A DNA stretch of 63,438 nt, the filler included, from Parasitella parasitica NRRL 2501 (Eukaryota; Fungi; Mucoromycota), in NCBI GenBank assembly GCA_025201805.1. It is 12 parts of 12 records of this genome, joined end to end, with 100 filler letters (N's around TTAATTAATTAA, not from the genome) between each part and the next. Parts side by side here need not be neighbours in the genome. Positions count along the whole stretch, not along the records: positions 1 to 2,454 come from MU619468.1; positions 2,555 to 14,080 come from MU619301.1; 10 more parts are not named here. One strand, 5' to 3'. The notes under the pieces are model-generated. The model did not search any database, was not told the origin of the DNA, and saw nothing but the letters and a program-made list of their open reading frames with translations. Made by a program: the position numbers and the translations under genes. Shown piece by piece: positions 1-11,682 of this stretch; within the stretch, counting starts at the first letter, position 1; each line of letters opens with the position of its first letter.

Positions 1-770
1 ATATCCAAAGAAACGCGACGAAGTTTAGTAGGCCATGACAAGTGACGAGTAGTACCATCCACAATGCCAAGATCAGGACGCCAAGAGCAAACATCCGATA
101 CCAAGTATCGAGGATCCAGAGTAGCAGGATTAATCATTGAAGAATCTGGAGGCACAGTACTAAGTACATAACATAATGGAAAATCAAGAAACCACCTAGC
201 AGACCAACCAGAGGAAGGAACTAGCTTGGGTAGTTTTATCAGAAGATTGCTAAGATGTTTAAGAACAGGCACAGAAGATACACGAAATTTAAACTTGTCT
301 GGAAAGACTATCATACTATGCCCCGTTCTGATGGTGCTTCTTCGTGGATGCCAGATTGCTCCCACTGGACAATTTCTAATTCCTCTCGTTCTTCTGTTCC
401 TGTGGCTCGCTTGCCTTTGAACGCCCTGCGAAGGTATTGGCATCCTGCAAAGGATATCATTACCTCTCGTATGGGTCCTCCACTTCGTCTGTCTGTCTAC
501 TTACGACTACCTCCTCCTTCTTGGCGTCTTTTTTGGTCCCTGGATCTGTCTGCCAAGGCGTTCACACCTTGGTGGCGAATGTTTCATGATCGTGTGGCTC
601 ACCGATCTTGGTGCCATCGTGTAGCTCCATCTAAAGTTCCTTCTCCTCTTTGTGCTTTGTGTGGTCTTGTTCCAGAAGACCTGTTCCATTTTGTTGTTGG
701 CTTTCCACTCAAAGCCCGGTATTGGCAAGATGTTGTATGCTTGCTCTCCTTAGGATCTCCTTTCAACTAA
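1..770. mobile_element. Rearranged fragments of an L1-like non-LTR retrotransposon ORF2 (post-RT region on -, zf-RVT region on +)
   Basis: + ORF 255-770 has CALCG..EDLFHFVVG.P.K..YW (zf-RVT pattern). 1-230 on - reads PKLVPSSGWSARWFLDFPL, resembling the post-RT part of fungal L1 ORF2. Confidence 0.7.
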
Positions 771-1570
771 GTGTATTAGGTATAGTTACCGAGCCTCGGA
801 TCGAGACAATGTGTTGAGAATGATAGATGTCTGAGCGGATAGAAGAGTAGAGCTTTTGGTATGCTGTATTACGTTGTGTGATACTCGAGCATATAGGGTA
901 GCCGAGATAGGTGAGAGGAGATAGAGAGGATCGATCGTGCCAAACAGTGATGTTATGAGACTGATCTGCCATAATTATAGACAGGAGATCATGGCAATGT
1001 ATTTCAATTGAAGATTGAAGATTGTCCAATGATGTGATGTGATACGCTTGTGTAAATTGGAGAATAAATCCTCTGTTTCAAATCAAGAAGGTTATTCCTG
1101 TAAGTAACACAGATCTTAGCACCAGGATAAAGGTTAAGGCACTGTCAGATCAAAGACGTGTAGCTCTTGTTGTAAAATCTTATATCGTACCCTGTCAAGT
1201 AGATTGTCACTGTGAATTAGTCTGGTCTATTAGTAATCTAAATAAGTCACCATAAATTCATGTAATTGTAAAAAGTATAAATGGCAGATGCAATTTCGAT
1301 CTTAAATAAATTATCTTTAAGTTTTCGTACCTCGTTAACATTTGGTTTTATTATCTTTTTTTGGATCCAACAGAGACATCAAACGAGCTTTCCAAGTTGC
1401 ATGAGGTTTATCGGATAATGATAGAGCGGTTGTTTTATGATAGTTCAACAAGGAGTTGGATGCTTTCATATAGTTGTTGATAGACCCTAAGAGAAGTTGG
1501 AGATTGGAGGAGTCCCGTAAGTATACCAAAGTATCATCCGCGTATGCTAGAATTTTCACTGCTAAAGATG
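763..1570 (-). pseudogene. L1-like reverse transcriptase fragment split by a solo LTR
   Basis: KILAYADDTLVYL (YADD motif). Removing 962-1372 plus one TSD joins WKARLMS-HNITVWHDRSSLSPLTYLGYPI in frame. Confidence 0.85.
962..1372 (+). mobile_element. Solo LTR, family A (411 bp)
   Basis: TG...CA ends; 5-bp TSD GAGAC at 957-961 and 1373-1377; homologous copies at ~37988-38158 and 53901-54311. Confidence 0.9.
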
Positions 1571-1614
1571 TTACAAGATTAGAAGGAGGCGAGTTAGTAA
1601 TATTGTGAATGGGG

Positions 1615-1869
1615 TGATTTATCAGAAAAGTTCTAATAGAAATTAATCAGGTAAAGATCCGTTTATTACATTCAAAAATAGAGGGTTTATATACTTTCTA
1701 TGAACTGAGGGAAGCGATGTGAGGATAAAGGTTTTAGTGATGAGATCCGAAAGATAGAGTAGATTGTATCTATCCCAAATGTCATGTCATATTATTTTAT
1801 GATCTGATGTTTTACTCTTCAGTATGAGTTTATATTATATTGACATCCGGTTTTAGAATTGATACATCA
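1615..1869 (-). mobile_element. LTR, family B, probably a 3' LTR preceded by a PPT-like tract
   Basis: TGATTTATCAGAA...TGATACATCA ends; similar to 4945-5251 and ~53821-54460; TGTGGGGTAA lies immediately 5' on the - strand; no TSD seen. Confidence 0.65.
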
Positions 1870-2189
1870 TTACCCCACAACAGCTTGTCGACCACGGGTA
1901 GAAAGCGATAACCATAAGTACTGTAGATGCACGTCTTGAACAGTGCAAATGATGTTGAGATGATAAACCGTGAAAAAAAAGAAAAAAAAAGAAAGAAAAT
2001 ATTGAATATCCTGATGAGTTGAGATGTTGTAATTCTTGAATGGTGTTGCAATAGTATCGAATAAATTGCCAGTAAAAACCTCTGTATATTCAAAGAACCA
2101 AGTTGGAAAAATACGAATATAGTCACTATGGCCTCGCCGATGTTCTCATGAGAATATAGATGTGCATGAACGGGAACATTTTTTAGAGC

Positions 2190-2385
2190 CAAAAAAAGTG
2201 CTTATCGAGCTAGGTTAAGGCGATAAATGTGCTCATGCGAGAACAAAAATTGAAACATCTTAAATGATCACATTTTTATGCTTAAATGAGCACATAAATT
2301 ACTAGTTTCATAGGCTTAAAATTACGCTCAAAAGGCTTGAAAAAATGTGCTCATGAAGCAAAAATGTGCCCGTACACTCAAAAAA
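2190..2385. repeat. Dispersed AAATGTGCTCAT-like motifs in both orientations, probable DNA-transposon subterminal region
   Basis: aaatgtgctcatg at ~2225 and ~2343, aaatgtgcc at ~2362, inverted atgagcacat at ~2286. Confidence 0.4.
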
Positions 2386-2454
2386 ATAAAATTTGTATAT
2401 AAAAATGTAGCTTTAGCTTTTGTTTATTTCTCAATTTTTGTTGTATGGACCAGT

Positions 2455-2553
2455 NNNNNNNNNNNNNNNNNNNNNNNNNNNNNNNNNNNNNNNNNNNNTT
2501 AATTAATTAANNNNNNNNNNNNNNNNNNNNNNNNNNNNNNNNNNNNNNNNNNN
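2455..2553. other. Artificial contig linker N-TTAATTAATTAA-N (also 14081-14180, 31582-31681, 33592-33691, 35439-35538, 37622-37721, 39874-39973, 41788-41887, 54834-54933, 57252-57351, 59866-59965)
   Basis: Identical ~100-nt spacer with stops in all six frames, seen 11 times. Confidence 0.98.
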
Positions 2554-2809
2554 NCTTCTCTACTTCCTTGTAACTTTTGTAGATACGGGTTGTCGTGTTG
2601 TTCTCTAGCTTGACATCTCCTCTGTCTTCTTTCTTTTCATTGTTTTTCTCGGGCTTTTCAGGTGGTTTGAGCTCCTGGTACATCCCAAAATTTGTCACCG
2701 TTTCAATGGGATACATCTCTTCATCTACTTCCATTTCCACGACTGCAACAGCCATGCCTTTGTCGTCAAAAAGGTTTCCCTGGCCGTCTTCATGTACAAA
2801 ATCATTCAT
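2554..2809 (-). mobile_element. 5' part of a probable DNA transposon ORF (Tc1-like N-terminus); its upstream region is interrupted by the DIRS element
   Basis: MNDFVHEDGQGNLFDD...RIYKSYK runs off the contig end; TGCGCCAA repeats flank the DIRS insertion on both sides (2869-2876; 10834-10921). Confidence 0.45.
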
Positions 2810-3042
2810 ATTTAAAATTAATGTAAAAGTAAAGAAGCCCTCAAATACGACAATATTAAACCTTTTTATGCGCCAAATTTGGTAGTTAGACCTGAAGAAC
2901 AAAATAGGAAATGTTATTATGGTAGAATCTTCTTGAAGCTTTATTTCATAGCGAATTCAAAGATATATAAAGGAAACAAATCTAAATAATATACTGTCAA
3001 TCGAATTTGAGCTCGGTCAAATAATAAAGCAAAGAAGGGAGG

Positions 3043-3547
3043 TGATGTATATTTCAGATATTTCAATACAATAAAAAGAGACTTGTAATAATTCACAGCT
3101 TTCAACTGTATCCGAACAATAAAAGAAGTATATCGTTTATTATGATATAAATACAGGGTATTTATATCTTCAATTATTTACTACAACTGAGATGGTAGCT
3201 GTAATAACCAATAGATTAATGTGATAGTATGTTGTCACTGTTGATGAACGAATAGAAAATACACCGTGTTATCGTTGTCAATTGGTTTGATATGTTTCAT
3301 TGTTGAGATTGATCCAAGAATATGAGCTGATGTAACATATCAAATAGTTTGTTTGCACCTTGACATTTGAGCAAGTCCGCATATCTTGTTGATGTCATGG
3401 CAGCCAAGACATTGCGATATCCAGTGACCGTTGAGATATTATACTGATTCGTATCTGATACAATCATATAATATATTTGCAGTAAATCAGCAAGCGTAGT
3501 ACTTGTAGGAATTGATATAGTGCAGATGTAGCAGTGCGTATACATCA
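3043..3547. mobile_element. Solo LTR (505 bp) inserted in the DIRS 3' region
   Basis: TGATGTATA...TATACATCA terminal inverted repeats; TSD GGAGG at 3038-3042 and 3548-3552. Confidence 0.88.
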
Positions 3548-3604
3548 GGAGGGAAAGATGAAAAGATCAATACATAGAACAAGAACAAGAAATGAAGGGT
3601 GGGC

Positions 3605-3721
3605 CATAATAACATTTCCTATTTTGTTCTGACGGTCTAACTACCAATTCTAGGTCGAAAGAAATTTCTCGAAAGAATTTCGTGAGACCGTCAGAACAAA
3701 ATAGGAAATGTTATTATGCTA
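3605..3721 (-). repeat. DIRS internal complementary region (ICR)
   Basis: 3646-3721 is the reverse complement of the right terminus 10747-10822; 3605-3645 is complementary to the left terminus (~2881-2921, a few mismatches); the two halves meet at AATT. Confidence 0.88.
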
Positions 3722-4800
3722 ATCCAGAGTACCGAAAGAGTCAGTAGCATCAAAGAATTCGTCTTGGCTGGATAGAACCGTAGATGTGAAGTCAACTTGA
3801 GCCATTTGGTTTCGTTGATAATGGCGAACAAAGGTATCCGAAGAAGCCCAATTTCCAAGAGCCACAATATTGTCCAGGGAGACACCCTGATCCAAGGCGC
3901 GCGAAGAAGCCAACGACCGAATAGAAACCCCAGGTTCATCTGTGCACAAGGAGATGAACTCACGATGAAGCCAGGTAGAAATAGTGGAAGCCGAAAGAGG
4001 TTGCTTGATGTTATGAGACTTGACAAACAGATTGGAGTGAACTGGACGAGCTTGTAGATCCGGATGGTCACGAAGGGCCTTGAAGCACTGTACCGGGCAT
4101 AATTCATAATCTTCAGCATGCGGATGAATCGTGAAAGGCTTGATGATCCGTCTTTTACCACGAGTCTCTTTTGGAGCAACAACCTGTAGGAGAAGACAAC
4201 CGTTATCCGAGACAGAACATGACGCAAAGGGGATGCGAGCCAGATCAGAGGGACGTAAAAAGGCAGCCATCGCGAGAAGAAAAGCTAGTTTTTGCTGTAG
4301 CAATTTGACTCTGGTTGTCGATCTGGATGCAATAGAACTAGCGTAAGCCAAAGCCGGGGAAGCATCGATAGTTGGGCGATGGATTGAGACTGGAGGAGCC
4401 TGCTTCGTAATAGTATCCAAATTAGAATATATGAGTGGGTCTTCGCTTATACCTGTAGCATCGTTTTAAGGGTAGAAACCTGCATAGTATGCGTTTGGCG
4501 CATGTTAGCCAAAAAGTTCACGACATCTGAGGGAGTGAAATCAGTAAAAGAGACATTGTTGGTAGTGGCCCAAGCCAAGAACCGTAGCTGATTTCGACGG
4601 TATTGCTGGTTGGTGGCATTATCAGCTAAACGTTCCTTTAAGATGTCCTCAACCGCTTGTGCATTGAGATGTTTGCGCGCTAGTTTTGTCCGGATAATGT
4701 CCACACGGAGAGCATCCAATGTCGTTGGATCAATGGATGGGGAGTTCGTAGAGACGTTGTCCGAACGGCTTGTGGAGGCAATAGTATAGGATTCGTCAAA
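3719..4800 (-). pseudogene. DIRS tyrosine recombinase, disrupted near 4430-4450
   Basis: FLRPSDL (catalytic R), KET, LCPV, SIRSLASS, GNWASSDTFVRHY (W and catalytic Y); SAM-like N-terminal part in ORF 4447-4917. Confidence 0.9.
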
Positions 4801-6860
4801 GCTAATCGTTGCAGGAGAGGAAACCAAATTGCACTGGGCCAGTACGGAACCACCATAGTTACTCGGGGAAGTTGTTCCTGCAGGATCTTGTGGAGGACTC
4901 TGGTGATAAGGTTCCAAGGAGGGTTGATGAAGGGATGAGGAAACTGATTTATCAGAATGAGAAATTATTCAAATAAAACGGTTGTGAATTAATCAGGTAA
5001 AGATCTCGTTTATTACATGGAAAAATGATGGTTTATATACTAGTGAATCTAAGTGGACTGATGGGAGGATAAGATACAAGTGTGAGACATGGTGTGATTT
5101 AGAGAATGGAACGATAGATTGTATCTATTGTCCATGAACATGTCATGTTGAGTTATAAATAAGGAACATGATCCATTGGGATATGTTCCTGAATTGTGTT
5201 CAGGATTGAGTTTACTTGAGTTTGACTTCCGGTTGGGAAATTGACACATCAGAAACATCGTCCATGGGATGGTAAACGCATCCGTATGGATAGCGCCCGG
5301 ATCCGGTAGCCAAGACACGTACTTTGGCAATTGCTTGGTCGTTCTGTTGGCAAACAGGTCGATCGAGAAGGGTCCCCAGAGGTGTGATATGCGCTGGAAT
5401 ACCATGGGTTCGATCATTCATTGGTTCTTGAAAAAGGTCCTGCGTGATTCTAGATCTGCTACGGTGTTGTTGATGCCGCTGATATGTTGTGCCTGAATCA
5501 CAATTTTTTGCCGTAGACACCAATTCCAAACTTCGGTTGCCAGTTCCAGTAGCGCTAGAGAGCGAGTCCCGCCTTGTTTGTTGATGTAGGATAGGCTGGT
5601 GGTGTTGTCCGTTCGAATCAGGACTGATGAATGTGCTGGGAGGGGAAACGTCTGGAGTACCAGAAAAGCAGCTTTGAGTTCCCTCCAGTTGATTGATTGT
5701 TCCGCCTCCATTGGAGTCCAGGAGCCATGAGCTCGGTGCTGATTCCAGCTGCTGCAACCCCAAACCGTGTTGCTTGCGTCCACAAATATGGTTTGCGTTG
5801 GTGTCGTTGGGAGGATGGATCGACCGTTCCACTTCTCGAGGTTGTTGTACCACCATGATAGTTCCTGGATACTTGCTGGATCCAAAGCTCGAGGTGAGTC
5901 CCAATCTATATTTGTCTTGACTGTCTGGTTCTTGTAGAAGAGGAGATGTCGAGTGTAGAGACGGGCTGGAAATACCGCAAAGATAGCCGCTTGGATACGC
6001 ATCGTTAGGCTGTGAATTACTCGCGGGCTTTGACGGTTGGGTTTGGCTAGTACTTGTTTGATCGATCGACGGATATCCCGCAGTTTCTTCAAGGGGAGAG
6101 CCGCTGTCATCGTCCGGGTATTCAATACAAAGCCGAGGTGCTCCAGATGTTTTGTTGGTGTCAAAACTGACTTCTTGTAATTGATTAGTCAGCCTAGTTG
6201 TTCCAGAAGGGAGACTACCAGTTGGGCTTGCTGAATAGCCAATTCCTTGCTGTCTGCTATTAAAAGCCAGTCGTCCAAGTACGCAGAAATTCGGATGCCG
6301 TGAGATCTCAAGTGCTCCAGGATGGGCCTGCAGATTTTTGTGAACACATAAGGGCTCGAGGCTAAGCCAAAGGCGAGAGTATGGTATTGGTAAACTTGGC
6401 CGTTCCATTTCAGGCGTAAAAAGCGTCTCGATTCGGAGTGGAGCCCTACAGTATATGCAGGAATGCATCTGACAAGTCGATTGAAACTAGGTAATCGTTG
6501 CGACGAATCATTAATGATACTTCCCTTAATGTGTCCATTTTGAAGTGTGGAGCATGAAGATATTGGTTGAGTTGTTTGAGATTGAAAACCGGGCGTATTC
6601 CGCCATCCTTTTTGGGGATAACGAATATTGAGCTGTAATAGTCTGGCGTCTGTAGAACTTCCTCCGGCGAGACCAGTTCGATTGCTTGTTTGTCCAAGAG
6701 CTCCTGAATAGTCCGATCGATTAAAGGCACTTGGTCTTGAGAGATTGGGTGGATGGATGTTGGAGTTATCGTGGTTGGTGGTGTGGTGTGAAATGGAATT
6801 TTGTAACCGAATTGAATCGTGGTGTCGACGAATGAGTTGATGGAAATTTTTGTCCAATTT
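4700..6860 (-). pseudogene. DIRS pol: RT, RNase H and Dam-like N6-adenine methyltransferase, with stops and a frameshift
   Basis: RPVFNLKQLN, IDLSDAF, FGLASSPYVFTK, YLDD; RNase H DAS..WG, INWRELKA, TDN, NTVADLESR; methylase IDLFAN...DAFTIPW...(after LTR removal) FINPPWNLI...PYWPSAIWFP. TGA stops at 6189 and 5418. Confidence 0.9.
4945..5251. mobile_element. Solo LTR, family B (307 bp), inserted in the DIRS methylase
   Basis: TG...CA ends; TSD GAAAC at 4940-4944 and 5252-5256. Confidence 0.9.
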
Positions 6861-7929
6861 GTATAATACTTGCTGAGCCGACCTCCTACTGAGTCGGTTG
6901 TTGTTGTTGAGATTGCTGTTACTGACGAAAAGGATTGGTGTTGTTCCTCTTGCTGTTGTAGTTGCCGTGGTTGTTGTTGGTACGGTAGTTGAAGTTGCTG
7001 TGGCTGTTGCTGTTGTTGCTGCTGTTGCTGTTGTTGCTGTTGAGGTTGCTGTTGCTGAGGTTGCTGTTGAAACCACCCTGCTGCGAGGGTGGACCTGATC
7101 GAAAAAACAGCTGATCTGGAAAAGTCGAGAAAGAACCCGAAGGTTGGGAGTGAACATTGTTGATACGGCGATGCTGACGTTTATTGATGGTTGCTTCGCG
7201 AGTAGCCTTTCTTGCAGCCGTTTGTTGAATCAACGTAGTCTGAAACTCATCAAGAGGAAGAGTGTAATTGGTCTCATTACCTGATTTCAATGAAAACGAA
7301 GGGTTGTGAAAATCAGAAGAAACACTAAAATATAATACTTTTTAAGATGTTGTTTTATTTTATGTTAGGATGAGGATCTTCTCATGGCTATAAATAAACT
7401 ATTGCTATTTATACTAAATGTGGAATTTAAAGATAAAGAAATATACCATGATGGTGTGATGTATGATTGACCAATAAACCTGATAAAAAAATTGAAAGTA
7501 GATGTTGATGAAGATAGAAATTGACAACTACAACATTAATTGGTGTATTGTAGATATAAAAAATTTATGGACTTGTTTATAGGCAAGATCTTTATGAATA
7601 TACCTTTAAGTAACTAAAATGTTTATTAAAGTTTATATCACGAAATTGACATTAAAGTTGTACAATTCCGCGGGTNNNNNNNNNNGATCTTATATAGCAT
7701 AAGCTCGTAGCATATACTAAATCTAGTAAATGTCTAAGGCTCGTGTCGAGATATAAGTATCAGTCTATAGCGTCATCCATCCTAATGGTGCCATCTTTAG
7801 CTTATATCTTATATAGTATAAATCTGTATTGCACATCTTATTATCTGTGCGCATATGTAGTTTTTTATATCAATTTAAGGTAACTGGATGAATCTAGAAG
7901 TGGAATGCAGATCATCATGGTGAATGTAT

Positions 7930-8955
7930 TTCACACAAAGTAAAAAGGATCACAAAAGGAGGATCATATGTTCTAGAAAATGAAAAGGGACAATTAGAAC
8001 CCAAGAACTTTGCTCCATCTTTACTTAAAGTGGTATCCGAAGATCCAATTCAATCAACAGATGAATTTTATGATGTTGAAGCAATAGTAGCTCACAAAAA
8101 AGAGAATGGAAAATATCTATATAATGTAAAATGGAAAGTTGACCATGATGAATACACATGGGAACCGCAGGAGCATTTTGTTGACCAAAAATTCATCACT
8201 GAATATTGGAAAAGAATTGGAAAAGTACCTGAAGACTTTTCTTGGAAAAAACAATATAAAAATGATTTCCAAAATAGGCAGAGAAAAAGAAAAGTTCAAA
8301 ATACTGATACTCTTGCTCAAAATAAGAAACCTAAATCATATCATGTAGATAACAAAACCTCCCACAATGATCTAAAAAATAACAATTCACTATCAACTCC
8401 AGATTCATGTAAAGAAAAAAATTCTGAAATCTTTTCAAAAATTGATAGATCAAATATTATAAAAGGAAAGCGAAACCGTGAATGATTTAAGAATTGAACC
8501 TTTAATCACACTGGCAGGGGATAATGTTATAGATCAGTATAAACTGATCATCACATAAAAAGAATCTCCGTAAATAGTATCAATATGAACTTCAAATTAC
8601 CCAGAATATTCCACAAAGATTACAATCGTCAAGACCAGGCTAGCATGGATTTAAGAAGACGTAATCCAATATCAAGAACAAATAGAAACAACTCCAACAC
8701 TCGTCAAATCCGCCATTGGTTATCTCTTTATCAATCCTCGCTGCCAAAACGTCCTGGATGAATAATTCAATACAATTTAGCTTCATATCCATAATCATTT
8801 ACCCTTGGAAAACTAGTATAAAAAGATAGTTTTTAATTGACATTTTGATGAGCTTCATCTAAAAAATAAATAACAGTTTTAAAAAGTATTTTTTTACATA
8901 TTTTTTACTAGTAATTTCACAAGTACTCACGCCTCAGAAATTGTGTTTTACAACA
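7930..8955 (+). mobile_element. 3' end of a chromovirus (gypsy): integrase tail with chromodomain, PPT and 3' LTR (8525-8955)
   Basis: FYDVEAIVAHK...YLYNVKWK...YTWEPQEHF...ITEYW chromodomain; GGCAGGGG PPT at 8513-8520; TGTT...AACA ends. Confidence 0.8.
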
Positions 8956-9726
8956 TGATGACATATACATCAAGAGCAAAAAGAACCTGCAAGCCAAAAG
9001 CATGGTGTATACAACTCAAGTAAAATGCATATTTTATATCATTTGACAGAAGACATTACGCGGTTTGGTTCGGCAATCTTCTACGAAACAGAGAAAGGAA
9101 AACAGTTCAACAAGTTCATCCGTGAAACTCTTTTCCGAACCAACAGACATAACCCGTCTAGAGATACTGCATTCGCTTTTGGCAAGCGGTTTATGTCCAA
9201 GCATGTGTTGGCCGGTGGATGTTGGTTGGATCGTGCTGGTAATTGGAAGAAGGCAACTGATACAGTTCTAGAAAGCCGTTCAACATTTTTCGTGCATAGT
9301 GGAAGAGATTTCGCTGATAACGATGATGGGAATGACGAACATGATCTCAAACGTGGGGCTACTGGGTTATTCAGAGGCGCTAATGGGGATCTATTTGTTG
9401 GTGAAGTCAAAAGAAGTATTGATCCTATATCTGATGTAGTGACTCTTTGTGCTTTTGACTTTCTCTTTGGTAATCCAAGTAGCTACCATTTGAAGCGTTA
9501 TTTGAGGCCGGCTCAACGCCCTTCTTCTTCCTTGGAGAATACATGCATATCAACATTTTCTCGTAACTTGTTGGTAAAAAATTCAAACGAAAACATCAGT
9601 GTTCATAGGCAAAATCTTCAATTTGTAGCTATACTCGATGTATTTCAAAAGTATGGAGAATACAACCTCATCAATAACAGTAAAATGGGTACAGTCTGGT
9701 TTACTTTAACTCATGAAATCAAATAA
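8956..9726 (+). mobile_element. C-terminal fragment of a CACTA/EnSpm-like fungal transposase
   Basis: HILYHLTEDITRFG...ETEKG.QFN..IR......NRHNPSRD pattern; 5' end truncated by the LTR at 8955. Confidence 0.55.
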
Positions 9727-11682
9727 ACTCTGATCTGCTCAAGTTTCTATTAAAAATGTAAGATTTGATTGGTTAACGCCAATTTCTTTTTAGGATTTTT
9801 GTGTCCTACAAAGGTGCTATTTAAAAATATGAACTTGATAGGACAAAACTTGTGTTTTTCTGAATTTGAACTATAATCTTAGCATGTTTTCAAATTTTGG
9901 ACCTTTTAGCTATATTTTATTNNNNNNNNNNAATATACCTTTAGGTAACTAAAATGTTTATTAAAGTTTATATCACGAAATTGACATTAAAGTTGTACAA
10001 TTCCGCGGGTAAACCAATGTACAAATCCTGTTCTATGACAAGGGTTGATAGCACGAAGAGCAATGTTATTGCGGGAATGCGTAATGGAGGCGCCGACATG
10101 TAATAGGAGTTTGCGCACGTCCCGAAGCATTGTACAATAACTTCCAGGTTAGGGTTACTAGTCTCCGATGATACCAGTTCATGGATCAGAATATCCAAAG
10201 GACGGTACACAGCTGATAATTGGTATTGTAATTGTTTCAAGGAGCTATCCTCATATCTTTGGCCTTTGTTCATAGCTCGTTCAGCCGTGGGGATAGTAGC
10301 AGGTGCCTTGTAATCCAGATGTGTCATAGGAGGATACGACTCGATGATGGTTTTGCGTACAGCATCAGAGAGAGGTTCGGAGGTGTGTAGAAGAGGGTCC
10401 AGGTCCATCAATTCAGTAAGACTTTCAGAAGGAGACCAGTCATAATGGGGTCGATCACCCATTGAGTGTAGGGGAAGTGTAGCAGTGTCATCCGCTGACT
10501 GCATTGGCATGTTGGTAGTACCTTGAAGCTGGGCCTGAAAAGTAACAATTTGCTGTTGCATGACTTGCAATTGTTCTTCCAAGGAGGACATCGAGAGATT
10601 TGGAAAGTATCGGTTTTTTGGATAGAGTTGAAATGTAAAGATGCTGGTAATGACCGAGCGAAAAAGAAGATTGACAGTATATTATTTAGATTTGTTTCCT
10701 TTATATATCTTTGAATTCGCTATGAAATAAAGCTTCAAGAAGATTCTAGCATAATAACATTTCCTATTTTGTTCTGACGGTCTCACGAAATTCTTTCGAG
10801 AAATTTCTTTCGACCTAGAATTTGTTTTTTCGATGCGCCAAGCTTTTTTCAACTAGTGCGCCAAGTTTTTTCTCAAATGTGTGCCATTTTATTTTCCACT
10901 CTTTTTTCCAAATGTGCGCCAATAATTTGTGAAAATAGTGTATTTCTTGTTTTTCAGTATTCACCTCACTAAGGTGGGACCCTATTAGGTCAATGCATTG
11001 TGTAGATTGATAACAAAGATTTTAATTTTGTATTTTAATACTTCACTACGGTAAAAATAATGTACCGATGGTAACACATAACTTTTGTAAAATATTCATG
11101 CATGTTTACCTCAGCGAGAGGTAACTCTCAGTCGAGTATTAGCCAATCCTGTGCATATAGTATTGACCTGATTTTCGATCGATGTTTCTATCTACTAGTA
11201 GTATTTAAAAATTTATGTAAAAGTTAGAGCCATTGCTTCAGGGTAATTTATAGTCAAGGTTGAAGGTTATGGAATTTTATGGACAATAGTTTGACTTGAG
11301 GTTGTACTGTAAATATATTCACTAAACGTAACAGTCATAAAGCGTTCCGCTTAATTTGACGTTAAGATGTTGAATAGTGGTGCTTGAGAGTAATTTCGAC
11401 ATGAACAGCGATTATTTCCAAAGGCAAATAAATGAAGAGAATACAAGCGACTATATCACGGAGAACGTAGAGTTTTTATTAATTAATGATTGAAAAGAAA
11501 GCCAGGATTGCTCTGGTCTTAGCTTCTAAGAAGTCTTTATATCAGTCAATATTGGAATTGAGATGAGATTCAACCTCCATTTAATAGAGAAAAACCGACA
11601 GTGCTTGACATTGAGGCCAAGTTGATGATTTTACTATAAACGTAAAAATAGTATTGCAGCGTAACAATACACTCATAATAAT

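Larger units (their letters stand above)
7305..10040. mobile_element. LTR-bounded insertion in DIRS gag (LTR pieces 7305-7675 and 9932-10040)
   Basis: TG at 7305, CA at 10040; TSD AGGGT at 7300-7304 and 10041-10045; ~7597-7675 is repeated at ~9932-10010; two 10-N gaps bound the internal piece. Confidence 0.75.
6919..10591 (-). pseudogene. DIRS gag-like ORF1, split by the 7305-10040 insertion
   Basis: N-terminal part 10041-10591 (MSSLEEQLQVMQQQ..., LQYQLSAVYRPLD); C-terminal N-rich part 6919-7304; the halves join at TSD AGGGT. Confidence 0.75.
2879..10822 (-). mobile_element. DIRS1-type tyrosine-recombinase retrotransposon, full structure, decayed, with nested insertions
   Basis: Inverted terminal repeats ~2881-3019 and ~10651-10822; internal complementary region 3605-3721; gene order gag, RT, RNase H, methylase, YR on the - strand. 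Confidence 0.92.

Noticed and set aside
2499-2510. Recurrent TTAATTAATTAA palindrome as a biological motif
   Set aside because: Always centred in a fixed-length N spacer; it is an assembly concatenation linker.
5418-6191. UGA recoding or RIP, since two TGA stops fall at probable Trp codons
   Set aside because: The element also has frameshifts and insertions, and two G-to-A changes are too few to show a mutational process.
5212-6468. 418-aa overlapping ORF as a separate gene
   Set aside because: Alternative frame over DIRS pol without recognisable motifs; long overlapping frames are common in DIRS and nothing else supports it.
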